Positions 38,481 to 52,190 of a DNA stretch of 64,000 nt are shown here, piece after piece. The notes below the pieces were generated by a model. The model was not told the DNA's origin. It worked only from the letters and a program-made list of their open reading frames with translations, and did no database searches. Source of the DNA: Camelus dromedarius (Eukaryota); contig NC_087436.1 in assembly GCF_036321535.1 (NCBI RefSeq), forward strand, positions 41,046,001 through 41,110,000. The letters run 5' to 3'. The position numbers were made by a program, and so were the translations under genes. Each line of letters starts with the position of its first letter. Positions within the stretch are counted from its first letter, which is position 1.

Positions 38481-40249
38481 ACAGGTTTGTTAGGGAATTG
38501 TTGGAAAATAGAGATTTCCTAAAATATATCAGTTTTTGGTATTTGCTAGTGTCAGGAAACACTGTAAAAAGTCTGCAAATGACAAAGTTACAGAGTATTC
38601 TGTTAAACTCTGAGGTTCTCTGCCTTATCTTGTCTCTGACCTATTTACAATCTCTAAATTATAAGTATATAAAACATAGCAATAAAAATAATTCTTGTCC
38701 TGAGAAATGCAAATGTTGACAATTGTAACACAGTTGCTTATTGCTCTTGGTACATTGATGGCTTTGCCAACTTTACTTGTATTTGGAAATTTGTCATCAT
38801 TCCTTGCCTGGCTATGTCTGTTTGGCATTCTAGATTCTCCTGTGAATCAGTTGTAACATTGTTTCTCTCAATAGCTAATGAGTTTAACAAAAATGTTGAG
38901 GTTATATTTGTATGAGAGTAAACATTTTATTACTTTATTATTTTATAAGCATTAGGCTTTTTTGGATAATGAAATAAATACTATAAGTGATAGAGTACTT
39001 CCTTATTATTTAGTGATACTAAAAGACTTTGATATTTCAGTTTTTATAAAAAAGCTATTTTTGTGTTAACTTTCAAAGAGTGGCTATTTTGACTTAAATT
39101 TTAATAAAAAATATTCTGGAGTATGATCATAGAGACAATGTTTCATGTGCAATGTATACTTTGAATTATCCATAACCTAGCCAATGCAAAAATTCTACAA
39201 AGAAGTACAGGAGATGATCATAGTTCATTCAAACACTTGACGAAAGTACATAGCAGATACACATTTTATAGAAATATATATTCTAAAATCTGTTCATCTT
39301 TGCTAGAATGATAATGAGATGTCAGAATTATGTCACCAAGCAGATCGTTTTGAAAAACAAACAGATGCACTTAAACTGTTCCAGGGTACTACTTCTAAAA
39401 TAGAACTTGTTTTGTGAAGACATAAATTTGAAAATAGTGATTTGGAAAGGGTCCTAGCACCTAGAAGAGACTCAAGTATTCTTAAACTTCAGCCTACTAA
39501 GAACCAACAGGAAATTAACCTTTGATTCATACTGCAGGCTGGGTGGAATGTGCGGGAGGTTGTTTCCAGGAATTTGTAGGCGGTAGCTTTCCAGAGGAGG
39601 CTGGATGAGCCTAAGGGGAGCATATTGTTTCTTCATCTCCATTAGGAGGTGGAATTAGCACTAGGGACAACAAAGTGCCTTGAAGTGCCAGCAAAATTTG
39701 CACCTCAGAGTTGCGTACACTCGTCTGCTGTTCATCTTATTGCAGCTATGTTTCCCTGTTCTCTACCTAAAGTAAAGATACTTGTATCCTTTACCTTGGT
39801 TCTTTGTCAGCTTTCTGTTAATCACACACTGCAATTCTGCTACCAATATAAGATAAATATCTTACCCACAGAATTCTCATGACACTTCATACAACTTGGG
39901 AAAGAAATGTTCTAAATAACCATTTAAATCATTTTCCACATGGAAAGTTATCAAAATTATTATAATATACACTGATTGGGTTTTAAAAGTGACTGATATC
40001 ACTGAAGATGAAAATTTATGAGCTGAATTTTTAACAAGTGAATATTGTGATTGAAAATGAACTATCATAATTCAGTTCATGCCGCCCAAGACACACTTAT
40101 TCCTTTAAGATCAACATATTTTGATAAGTTATCTTTTTCTTCTCTGTAAACATTGAAAACAAGCATTGAAAAATCTACGTGTATATGTAGTCACTTAAAT
40201 CACTGTATTACAAAGTATTACTTCAAAAATATGGAGAACACCTAAGAGG

Positions 40250-40510
40250 AATCAAGGGGCTTTTTGCAGATTTTGATTTGGAGGTGTTAAGTATTCAAGT
40301 GGGAAGGATATGGGGATAATCAAGTTGTTGGGCAGGGTGCAGGGTGGTATCACAAATTCTGGTTCAAATGTATTAAGATTGAGATTCCAATAGGCGTCTT
40401 TCATTTGAGAATGCAGAATTAGCAGGTGAACTTATGAGGATGTTTTGGAATAAGTCTATAAATCAAAACACAAATTTGAGTATTATTACTATATAGACAA
40501 TAAAAGATCT
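40250..40510 (-). mobile_element. L2 relic
   Basis: Degenerate TTGAGATTCC...AGCAGGTGAA...AAATTTGAG pattern. Confidence 0.4.
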
Positions 40511-42117
40511 GTATTATGAATTATTTGCTATTATATTTTTATAGCCTATGTTATAAAATAAGTTTTGCATTGAACAGAAAAGTTATCAAGAATGTGAGTT
40601 ACTAGGGTTGGGTAAATACTTTAGACAATTCATTTGTATATTTAAAAATAAGTAAATGGTTACAAATAACCAAGGAATGAATATTAAAACTCTTATTTTT
40701 AAAATATTTTATCATTTAATAAAGTGTTTAAAATGTTTAATAAGGATGTTTAAGAAAATACATTATCTAAAGCAATAACTTTATATGCAAGATACCCAGA
40801 GAAATGTAAAAACGGTTTCTTCTAAGAGAGGGAGATGGGGGTTTTCTTCTACTCACATATTACTGCATATCTTAAAAATTACTGAGGACATGTTTTAAAT
40901 AGCTATGATTAAGTGAACTAAGCAACTTTCTGCTTCCCAAAAGATAACTACTATGTCTCAGTGGATCACAAATGCATATTAATTAATCATTTAACCAGTT
41001 TTTGAGTTTGGTTCATAAGTTGTTAGGAGACACAGTACATGTCATTCTATAAAGATTTCCAAAACTTGTGTCTCTGTTTCCTTATTTTATCCAAATATCT
41101 TATATTATCTTTGAGTAACATGACATTTACCTTGCAGAACTGTTTACCCCATGTAGTTTAGAAGCTATTGCCTCCACAATGTTAGCATGTTATTGACATG
41201 ATAATGTATTCTGTGCACCCAATCTTAGTCTTTCCACTTGAAAAGACTTTGTTATTTATTGTGGAGAAAAAAAAAAAAAGTCTTTTTGTTTTGTTTTGTC
41301 TGTTTTGTTTTGTTTTTCACTTGACAAAGCAAATGAAAGTGAAGCCTGATTGGGGAAGCCTGCTTCCTGAGAAGAAAGCTGGCTGTGAAGAGAAACTGGC
41401 CCTTTACAGTGAGATGTCAACTTTCAGTAGCATCAGTTAAATTTAAAGACACCATGAAAATTGTATGACATTGCATTAAAATGATTTAGACCTCTCTTTG
41501 GATACAAAATGCAGGCTTTACATAATTTTCTCTCTTCCAGCTCGGAGGGACTAAGGCAATGAGGTTAGGCCTTTAAGGCATACTGCGAAGTACTGTAACA
41601 GAATGAAAATTCAGGAAAACAACACTTGGGTAAAGCTTATTATTTTCAGCTATAGTTAAAAAGAAAACAAAATAAAACAAAGTGATGTCCCTTTTCATCC
41701 CCAAATTAGCAATGACATGTATATTTTTTAAACCCACACACATTTACATCCTAGCAAGCAATTTTTATTTTGTTACCATTCCTTCTGAAATACATCCTAA
41801 GAAATCTAGATTTGACATAAAACAGATTTATCTAGTTAAATTGTTTAAGGAGATTATTTAAAGAATAGTTTTCTTGAACCTGAAAACTGAAATGTCACTC
41901 AATTTTAGTTGGGACTCTAGTGCATCCTCCAGATGTTGGGAAACATTCTGAAGAAATGGGAGGGCATCTACCCCACCTCCCTGGGAGAGAAGTCACTTAG
42001 ACACATGTTTGAGTCCCTTCTTCTCCCTTTTATATACACATACATAGATGATAATTAATGCCAGCTAGAATTTGTCTTCTGTGGAAAAAGTTTTTGCCTG
42101 TTGTTTTCTAGTAGTCA

Positions 42118-42695
42118 TGAAGGAGAATTAATAAAATGGCCGCACTTAGGCTAACAGATTGCTTATTCTTATGCTTGCCCTTAAAACAGTCAACTAACCT
42201 GACTGGCCAGTTGTTACTCACACCTCCAGGCCCATTGTTAAAATAAAGCTACTAATTTTACTGTTTCTACTTTATTCCAGTAATCAAAAGTATTAATCAT
42301 GCTTGATCTCTGAGTTGATCTCCAGGGAGAAGGTCACGGGACTCCAACCTTACAAAATAGCCTGAATTACCGAGAAGACCACGCGTTGGGTGCTTATAAG
42401 ATAAAGAGATCGAAGAGCAACCACTAGCCTCTACTGGTCACCTGGAGACACCATGATGCCACTCTGAGTCTATGAGAAGAAAATAATTCTGTTGACTGTT
42501 ATCGATGTTTTACTGTTTAAGCTATGGCTATATAATTACCCTGCCCCATCCCCTAAGATGGGCTCACAGTTTTGAAGGCACTAGCCTGCTGTGAGTCCCC
42601 TTTGCCTGGCAAAGCAATAAAGCTGTCTCCTTTCTTCTAAGCTCCAAAACCCTGTCGCTGAGTTATTTGGCTCATCTGGGAACCTGTTTGCAAAA
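42118..42695 (+). mobile_element. Solo ERV LTR, relatively young (lineage-specific)
   Basis: Starts TGAAGGAGAATTAATAAAATGGCC, TATA CTATATAA ~42528, AATAAA ~42617, several CpGs retained, approximate TSD GTCA/GTGA. Confidence 0.8.
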
Positions 42696-45104
42696 GTGAT
42701 TGTTCTCTTTATTTCTGCTGCCATGTAGAAAGCTCTGCTTTCATGGAGAAAGCCACCCTATCTTGCAGGCAAAGCATATCCTCCTTCAACTCTAAATACG
42801 TTCTATTTACAGGGGAAGAGTTAAGAAAGTTTTTTTTTGTTTGTTTGTTTTTATTTTTTGTTTTAGATTTAGAATAAAACCCGTATCTCCATTATATCAC
42901 TTCGAATAGTTTTTTTTTTTTTTTTTTTTACATTTTATATGAGATAGGAAGTCATCCTGTTATGGAGAGTCTAAATGATTATTTTGCCTGTTGATTAGTT
43001 TGCCTGTTCAGGAAATAGGCAGTTAGATTTTATTTTGCCTAATATATTAATATTGTCTTTCTTTTATAACAAAGAGAGCAGAGAGCATGAAATTCAATAC
43101 TGATATGATTGATACTGGAAAATTTTGGCTTTTCCAGCAGCTAGATTATAATACATTTAAAAAAATAATAATGTAGATAGAAGAATCTGAAAAAAAAATC
43201 AAGTGTAAGCTCTAAATTGCAAAGAGGAATCAGATAATTTATCTATTGTCTTTATGAGAATTTTATTTTTATCCTGGATAGAGGAATGACAATCAAGCAG
43301 TCCAAGTTCTCAGAATATGCGGTAAGATCAAGTGCCTGAATCTGTCTTAGTCCTTTGTACTAAGTTTCACATGACTCTCTTGTGGCACATTCAATTGACA
43401 AGTTAAGGAATGTATAAAATTAAGTTTGTTAGAATGGAAGAAGAAAATAATTCTTTTTGTTTATCTGCTTTGCACCAGGCATAAGATAGTAATTTTATAC
43501 AATCATTTTATTTAGTGCTTCAGTGCTATAGTTAATCTTCCAAGAGCTTCTCATACTTTGTTAGTCCTTTTGGTGGCCTTAAAATGTTTATTAGTCTGAC
43601 TAGCATATAATCCTTGTTTCTGAACATTCTCGAGCAGGCTGCTTATAATCAGTACTTTCCACCTGAAGTATGTTGTTTCTCAATGTTCAGACTTCTTGAA
43701 TAAATGCTTGATTGTTATTAGTATAAAGCCATTAGATACTTTTTCCTTAAATAAAAAGAATTAAGATGCTAAGAAATGGAAAACTTTCCAAATTATATGT
43801 GTTAGAGTATCTTAGTTCTTTATTCTCCAAACTGCAAATCATTATTTACATGTAATTTCCTAAATTATTCTAAAATGTCAATCACTGATTGCTGAAATAA
43901 AGATTGTGTTTTGATAGTTAGGATATCATTATTTTGGAAGGACTATAAATACACACTGACCATTCATTTGAGGAATCTGTTATTCCCTAAATAGATTTCT
44001 GAAAATCTACTTGGTAATTTTGGCCATTTTGAAAATATTTAGGAATATAAACTCGCTAAAATGTAGTTTTTCTCTGAGTACTATTCTTTCAACAGCAACA
44101 ATGTATTAACTAATCAAAATAATTAATTTCCTCTCATACAATTTTAAGGATTATTTCTTGTGCTTTCTTTAGATGGGCAAAGAACTATAGATCTTTTAAA
44201 GAAAATTTTTGTCTTAAATACCAACCTTAAAAAGCTTCATAAATCAGATCCAACTTTATATAATCATAACTACAGATTCATTGTCTGCTAAATTTCTTCC
44301 CACTAATGGTGTGCAAATCCTATCATAAATTTATTTCCTAACCAATTTGAACAATCATGGCAGTTTCCAGCAACATCTCTAGTTTTTTCTAAAGTGTTTA
44401 CTGTTACATTCAGTGAAAAAATGCATATTATGCTTGTCCTAACTGTGTAATGGAGATTTGTCACACAGCCTGTTTATCACTTTTTTGCAAGAATACACAC
44501 CATATTTAGTGCTTGATTCCTGGCTGCACTCTGTGACCCTCAGATTCAAAGGTGTAATTCTCACCAGGCTGTGCTTTTGTTTGCTTTTGTTTAAAAAAAC
44601 ATTTTTTGTGTTTACAGGTGCTAAGGTTAATTTTCCTACCCACGTGAGATAAAATAGAAGAAAATTATGTGTGTTAAGGCCAAGTGTTGCAAATCATAAC
44701 TGAGAAAGCCACACTGATAAATGCTAACACTGCTACATCTTGTACAAATTTTTATTGCTACTAAATCCAAGGTGTTGTGGTCACTGCAGGAAATGTTAAA
44801 TGCTATACAATCAGGAGTTGGAACACATCCCTCTTTAGAAGACCCTCTGAAATTCATGATGCCTATGTTTAAGAAGATTCATCTTGACCTCTCTTGCCAG
44901 GTCTTGAAAAACTAATTTGCCAACCAGATTAATGGATCATCTTATTGCTGTCACTCCATTTTGTCTTTAAATTTTATCTTTTTCTGATTATGTTCCCTCT
45001 AGTCAATATTCCTGCAGAACTAGTATCCTCCTCTTAACTCTTCGGTGGATGGAAAATGACTTTAAAGGATCAGATCTAGCATTTTCTGAGATGTACTCTA
45101 GGAA

Positions 45105-45680
45105 TAGATTCATTTTCTACTGATGTGTAACAAATTACCACAAACTTCATGGCTTAAATCACTATACTCTTTTATCGCACATTTCCTGTCTGTAAATCTG
45201 GCATGGCTTGGCTGGATTCTCTGCTCAGGGTCTCACTGAGATGAACTCACTTGTTGGCTAGGGCTGCAGTTTATATCAGGGTCTTCTTTGAAGTTCACTT
45301 GTGGCTGACTGAATTAATCTCCTTGTGGTCAGAGGACTCAGGGGCCAATTTTCTTGCCAGCTGTTGACCAGCAGCTGTTCTCCTCTCTTATAGCTTACTC
45401 ACATTCATTCCCACGTGCCCCCTTCATTTTCAAGTCACAAGAGCAAGTCAAACCCTACTGTGTTTCAAATCTCTGAGTTCCTCTTCTGCTGCCAGAGAAA
45501 ACTCTTTTTTAAAGGGCTCAGGTAATGCTAAGTCCACATGGTATGATTTCCCCTTTGCCATGATTTACCATAATCTAGCAATTGATGTCTCATATTCATA
45601 GGTTCCAAACACACAAAAGGGGAAGGGTTTACAGAAGAACAAATGTCAGTAGAGGTCATCTTAGAGTTCTGCCTATCTCA
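45105..45680 (-). mobile_element. MaLR LTR (MLT1E-like)
   Basis: GTAACAAATTACCACAAACTT...GGCTTAAA...CTCTGCTCAGGGTCTCA...CATCTTAGAGTTCTGCCTA. Confidence 0.85.
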
Positions 45681-46234
45681 AGTGGTGAACTGAAGGGAAA
45701 AGGAGTCTGGTTATTATTATACTCATAGAGTATGCATTTGAGAATGATCTATAATTTTGAGGATGTTTTCAAACATTTTCACATTAAGTAATTTATATTC
45801 AAATGTTTTGAATAAGTCTCTTTTAATTTAAAATCACAAATGTAATGTTTATTTTCTGTTAAAGAGTTAAAATAAAGAAAACACAAATAATCATTCTAAT
45901 GGTAATAAATCTTACTAAACAAGTTTAGAAACCTAATGTTACAGATCACATATTTTTCTGGGACACACCTATTTTGATAGTGGTATTTTGTATATATTTC
46001 CAAAGTCACTATTTCTAAAAAGAAGCAGTATCATCACAAACCATTCTAACTTTAGAGGTCTGGCATAAGAGCCAACTGATTTACAATCAACATGGGTAGC
46101 ATATTTTGCAAGAATCCAATTTAACAAAAAGTGTTATATGACTTGACTGGGTCTCTTTTAAGTGGGGAGATTTGGCTTGTCATGGTCAAGAATTTAAAAT
46201 AATCCAAGGAACTGACAAATTGAGTTAATTTATT

Positions 46235-49200
46235 TGATTAAACTTCTAAAATTATTTTCTAAGGAACAGTTGATTTATAACGTATTAGTTTCAGGTGTAG
46301 AATATAGCGACTCAAAATTTGTATAGATTATACTACATTTAAAGTCACCAAAAATAATGGCTATATTTCCTTGCTGGCTATCCATTTTGTACATAGTAGT
46401 TTGTACCTCTCAATTCACTACTTCTACCCCACCTCTCCTCCATCCCTCTCCCCACTGGTAATGATCATTCTGTTCTTGTATACTGTGAGCCTGTTTCTGT
46501 TTTGTTCTATTCATTTGTTTGCTTTATATATTAGATTCCACATATAAATGATAACACACAATAATTGTCTCTCTCTGACTTATTTCACTAAGCATAATAC
46601 CTTCTAGGTTCATTCATGTTGTTAGAAATGGCAGAATTTCTTTTTCTTTTTTCCTATGGCTGAAAAATATTCCATTGCATATAAATACCACATTTTCTTT
46701 ATCCATTCATCTGTTGATGGATACTTAGGTTGCTTCCAAATCTTGACAATTGAAATAATGCTTCTATGAATGTGGGGGTACATGCATTTTATCAAATTAC
46801 TGTTTTCATTTTCTTGGGATATATATCCCAGAGTAGACTGCTGGATCATACAATAATTATATTTTTACTATTTTAGAGGAACCTCCATACTATTTTCCAC
46901 AGCGGCTGCACCAAGTTACATTCTCACCTCCCTCTTTACATCCTTGTCAATATTTCTTATTTGTAGACTCTTTGATGATAGGTATTTTGACAGGTATAAG
47001 GTGATATCTCATTGTGGTTTTGATTTGAAATTTTCTGATGATTAGGGATGTTGAGTGTTGTTTTTGTCTGCCTGTTGGAAATCTGTATATCTTCTTCAGA
47101 AAAATGTCCATTCAGGCCTTCTGCCAATTTTTACTTTTTTTTTTTTTTGATATTGAGTTGTATGAGCTGTTTCTATATTTTGAAATTAACCCCCTATTTG
47201 GTCATATCATTTGAAAATATTTTCTCCCATTGAACAGGTTGTCTTTTCATTTTGTCAGTGGTTTCCTTTGCTGTGCAAAAGCATTTTAGTTTAATTAGGT
47301 TGCATTTGTATATTTTTGCTTTCATTTCTTCTGCCTTAGGAGACGGATCAAAAAAAATATTGCTACGATTTATGTCAAAGTGTCTTCTGCCTATGTTTCT
47401 TCTAGGAGTTTTATGGTTTCTGGTCTTATATTCAGGTCTCTATTTAGGATTAAACGTTTTGAGTTTATGTTTGTATCTGGTAGGAGAAAATGTTCTATTT
47501 TCATTCTTTCACATATAACTAGTTTTCCCAGTGCCACTTACTAAAGAGACTGGTTTGCCCCATTGTATATTCTTTTCTTTTTGGTAGATTTACTGACCGT
47601 AAGTATAAGGGTTTATTTGGGGGCTCTCTATTCTGTTTCATAGATCTAATCAGTCTCCCTATGTCTTTTCACTGGTGCATTTAGTCCACTGACCCTTAGA
47701 ATGATTATCTGATTATCGATAAATATTGATATTTACTGCCATTTTGTTACTTGCTTTTCTGGCTATTTTTGTAGTTCTTCTCTGTTCTTCTTCATTTCTT
47801 CCCATAAGGACTGATGATTTTCTTTAGTGACATGTTTGTGTTTCTTTCTCTCTAGTTTTGTGTATCTGCTATAGCTTTTTGATTTGTGGTTATCATGGGG
47901 TTTATACATGTTGACCTATTACCATATCTACTTGTTTTAAAATGGTAGTTATTTAAGTCCACAGACATTTGAAAAGATCTACTTTTTTACTCCCCTCCCA
48001 TACATTTTATGTTTTTGCTGTCATATTTTATATCTTTATTACTTCTTTATGTTTATCCATTCTCTGGTTATTGTAAATACAGTTGATTTGGCTTTTTTTT
48101 TTTATCATCATACTCACTTACTTAAGTTATGATCCTTAGCCTTTACAATATATTTGACCTTACTAGTAGGATTTTCCTTTCCTACAGATACCCTCTTCTA
48201 TCCTTTTTTCTTTCCCCCAACTAAGAGAATATGCTTTAATATTTCTTTTAGGATAGGTTTAGAATTGAACTCTTCCTGTTTTAGCTTATCTGTAAAGTTC
48301 TTTCTCTCTCCAATTGTAAATGATAATCTTGCTGGGTAGAGTATCCTAGGTTGCAAGCTCTTCCATTTCAGGACTTTAAATATATATTGCTACTCCCTTC
48401 CAGCCTGCAAGGTTTATGTAGAAAAACCAGCTGATAGCCTTATTGGGGTTCCCTTGTATGGATTCTTTCTTTTTCTGCTGCTGCCTCTTTAACTTTTGTC
48501 ATTTTAATTGTTTGTTTAGGTGTGGTCTCTTTGGGTTCATCTTGTTTGGGATCCTATGTGCTTCCTGTACCTGATACCTGTTTTCTTCTTCAAGTTTCCT
48601 TCTTCAAGTTCTCAAAGTTTTCATCTATAATTGCCTCAAATGCATTTTCAACCCCTCTCTTTCTCTCTTCTCCTTCTGGGACCCCTATAATGCAAATGTT
48701 GGTACACTTGGTATTGTCCCAGAGGTCCTTTAAACTGTTCTCTTTTTTGTATTATTATTTGTTATTCTTTTTGTGTCTCTGATTGGTTGATTTCCATCAT
48801 TCTATATACAAATCACTTATACATTCTTCTATATCACCTAGTCTACTGTTAATTTCCAAGTTGCTGAAGCTGAAGCAGAAGCCCTGAGGATCAGATCCAA
48901 GCTGGCTCTGTTTCCTCTAAGTGTATGCTCTCCCTGCTCCCATCAACAGCATCTAGTCCCCAGGGGACCAGTGGTAGAGTAAGAGAGGCTGCAGCAAGCA
49001 CTTCGTTTGGGTCAAGGGATGGGCTGGGACAGTCCTGTCCACAGTCAGAGTCCTGGGCTCCCCATGCACTGCCTCCATAATTGATAGCGATGGCTGCCTC
49101 CACCCTATTCATATGCTGTTCCAGGTCAGAGCCAGCTCTGTCCCTCATAATTGAGCACTCCCCTGGACTGCTGCAGGCCTCAACCCAGTGTAAAGCTGCA

Positions 49201-49977
49201 CTGCATAGCAAGACTGGCCACAACGGGCCCCTGGGGCAAGTCAGGGCTTGGGCTTTGTTAGTCCTGGCCCCAGTCAGAGCTCCAGATTATTTCTGATGTG
49301 CTGCCTCTGTAAGCACCCATAATGGCTGTCCCCACCCATTCAGATGCAATTCTGGGCCCAAGCTGGCTGTGCCCCTCACAAATGAGCACTCTGCTTGACT
49401 GTGGAAGCCTTTATCCTAATGTGGAGCTGCACTGTGGACCCAGGGGGCTGGAATGGGTGCTTGGATCAGGCTGTGGTGCCCACCTGGGTGACGTTGCAAA
49501 AAAACCAGCCAGAGTCCTGTGTAGGTTTGGTCTGCTTCCTCTGCCTTGTTTTGGGAATAAACAAGTCTATGTGTGCTCTTCATGAGCCGATTCTAGATAT
49601 CTCACAGTCCTCCTGTTAGTCTCCTTGGTTTTCAAATCAGCTAAGGGGACTTATCCTTCCAGTGTCAGACCCCAGGGCTGGGACACCCAACATGTGGCTT
49701 GAACTACTCATTCCCCAGGGAGGATCTCTCCTCATACAATCTTTCTCCTCTTCTGTGATCCCTTCCAGGGGCACAGGTCCCAGTCTATTTCTTCTCTTCC
49801 ATTTCGACCCAATTCTGTGTGACTCTTTCTTACAGCTTGGTTGTATAAGAGTCTTTTGCCAGTCTCCAGTTAGTTTTCAGTGAGAACTACTCTGCATGCA
49901 GACATAGTTTTGATGTATTCCTAGAGAGAGAGAGGTGAGTTCTGCATCTTCTTGCTCACCATCTCTATCTCTTCTCC
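46235..49977 (-). mobile_element. Artiodactyl-type L1 retaining 5' UTR and 3' end but with large ORF1/ORF2 deletions
   Basis: 3' UTR at ~46260 (same family as 23100-23490), ORF2 C-terminus to ~47645, ORF2 start/ORF1 47645-48857, GC-rich 5' UTR 48860-49977. TSD-like TGAGTTAATTTATT (46221-46234) / TAAGTTAATTTTTT (49978-49991). Confidence 0.85.
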
Positions 49978-51042
49978 TAAGTTAATTTTTTAGTTTCCCA
50001 CCACACTGTAGATATTTCCCAGATGTGACACTTATTTTTTACATTTTACTTTTTAAAATCTATTTCATCATCATTTAACTCAATTTTGGAATCTTCATGG
50101 ATAATTTGCCTTATTTGGTAAATCAGAAACTATTGAATAGTTTTATTCATTATAATTCAAATCTTCTTTGCCATCATTCATTCATATTTATACTACTGAA
50201 TTATGCATTGCCTAATAAAAACCTTAATGGCATTATCTATCCCCTCAGAGAGCATCATTTTTGATAGCTTTTACTTTGTTTTATTTTTAATTATGGTATG
50301 GCACTTTATATTATGTTGTACTATGTTTAATTTAATCATTGCCCTTCTTTGTTTTGAGCTTACTATATTCATATGTATTATCCCTTGTTCTTTATAATGG
50401 GCACAGAGACTCAAAGAAAATATTTACTAATATTTTATTCTATTTCTGGGTAAAAAAGAAATTTTCCCAGACATAAGATTTATTTTTCATATTTAATGCA
50501 ATGCTTCACTTCTCACATGATAAAATTTATTTTTAGAGGTGCACATGTATTTTTACTTCATTTTCTCACATTTGAAAAGATATCTATCCAAGTATGCATT
50601 GGGGAAAAAACACAGGGTGAGTAGAATGCCTTTGTCAGTATTACCCTCCTTCACCTTTTTATTATCAGTTCCCCACCTCAGCTCTAGATCTGAACTGTAG
50701 TTTCTAAATGAATAGCCTATGTTCAGAAAATATCTCCTTGGTGTTTATCTGTTGAATTGAATTGGACTCTTCTGATGCCGTGACTTTTTTTTTTTTTTTT
50801 TAATTTTGAAAGTGTAACAAATAGCTGGCTACTTTACTGAAATGTGCTTTGTTTTGGAATCTTCTATACTTTGTTCCTGTTTTCACTGATTTTCCTAACT
50901 GACCATACTTTTATAGAGGCAATATCCCTAATTTCATGCTGGGTTTTGTCTTAGTGTAAGACACTAAATGGGAAAGTTGAGAAGAATGTGGCACAATAAC
51001 AGTAGCATGGTTTGTACTAAAATAGTTGGCATGGAATTGGGT

Positions 51043-51449
51043 GCCACATTAGCTTGCTAGAACTGGCATAAAAAATACCATAGGATGAATGGCTAGAAAA
51101 ATAGAAATGTAATTTATCACACAGTTCTGGAGACTAAAATTCGAAGGTCAAACTGTCAGCAGGTCTGGTTTCTCCTGAGACCTCTTCTCTTGGTTTGTAG
51201 ATAACCACCTTCTGTGTCCTCACATGATCTTTCCTCTGTGAATGCACATCTCTGGTGTCTATTTGTGTGTCCAAATTTCCTCTTAGAAGGAAACCAGTCA
51301 CATTGAATAAGTGCTCACTCTAACAGCCTCATTTTAACTTAATTGCCTCTTTGAAGGACCAATCTCTAAATGCAGTTACATTCTGAGGTACTCAATTGGT
51401 ATTGGGGAAAATATATGAATTTGAGGACTACACAATTCAGCCTATGACA
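51043..51449 (-). mobile_element. MaLR LTR (MLT1B-like)
   Basis: CACAGTTCTGGAGAC...TGTGTCCTCACATG...GTTACATTCTGAGGTACT...ACAATTCAGCCTATGACA. Confidence 0.85.
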
Positions 51450-52019
51450 GTTAGATAATACTCTGATTATTTTTTTGTTTGTTTGTTTAATTCAGAGCTT
51501 TTCTTCATCTTTTAGTAAATAACAGAGACAAAGTAAATGAAAATTAAGACTAATTATGTTCATCAATGTAATAGTTAATTGTAAATTTTCTCTAGGTTTT
51601 GGCCTTTGGTCCACTTTGCCTTTAAAATATGACAGTAGTATATGCATTAGAAATTTAATTGTAGTTTTGTAAGTGCTATATGAGATACTACTATTTAGAT
51701 ATTGTGTTAAATGGTAAATCTCATTTGTAAGGTATTTCAAAGTGGAATTGATCCATATTCCCTATGGTGTTATATTCGTTTCTCTGAGTATCTATTTTGC
51801 CTCCATTCAAAAGTTTGTGAATATGGCTGTGTCTGAATTATCTCAAGAGTACAGTATCTTTCTAGGCTCATGTAAGTAATCTAATGGGAGACATTGTCAG
51901 TTTCCTCTAGAGTTTCAAAGGATATATTGCTGAAAAAGTATATAATTATTTAATCTTCCCTCTTCTTCATGGAATTTTAAAATTATTATTATTTATCTTG
52001 AGAAAGCTTGTCTGCATAG

Positions 52020-52190
52020 CACATTCTCTGGAACCAAGCTACCTGGACTTTAATTTCAGGTCCACCACTTATTGTGCTTTCTCATCTGTAATATGGTGAC
52101 AACAACAGTACTTATAAAGATTTTATAATGATTAAAAGAGCCAGTACACAGAACACATACTATGGTGCCTGACAATAAACATATGCATGA
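52020..52190 (+). mobile_element. MIR SINE relic
   Basis: TTTCTCATCTGTAATATGGTGACAACAACAGTAC...GATTAAA...GTGCCTGACA. Confidence 0.7.

Noticed and set aside
41520..41635. Plus-strand acceptor TTTTCTCTCTTCCAG with downstream GT sites
   Set aside because: Isolated signal with weak donors and no ORF or partner exons.
48860..49977. GC-rich ORF cluster as a CpG-island gene
   Set aside because: It is the 5' UTR of the minus-strand L1.
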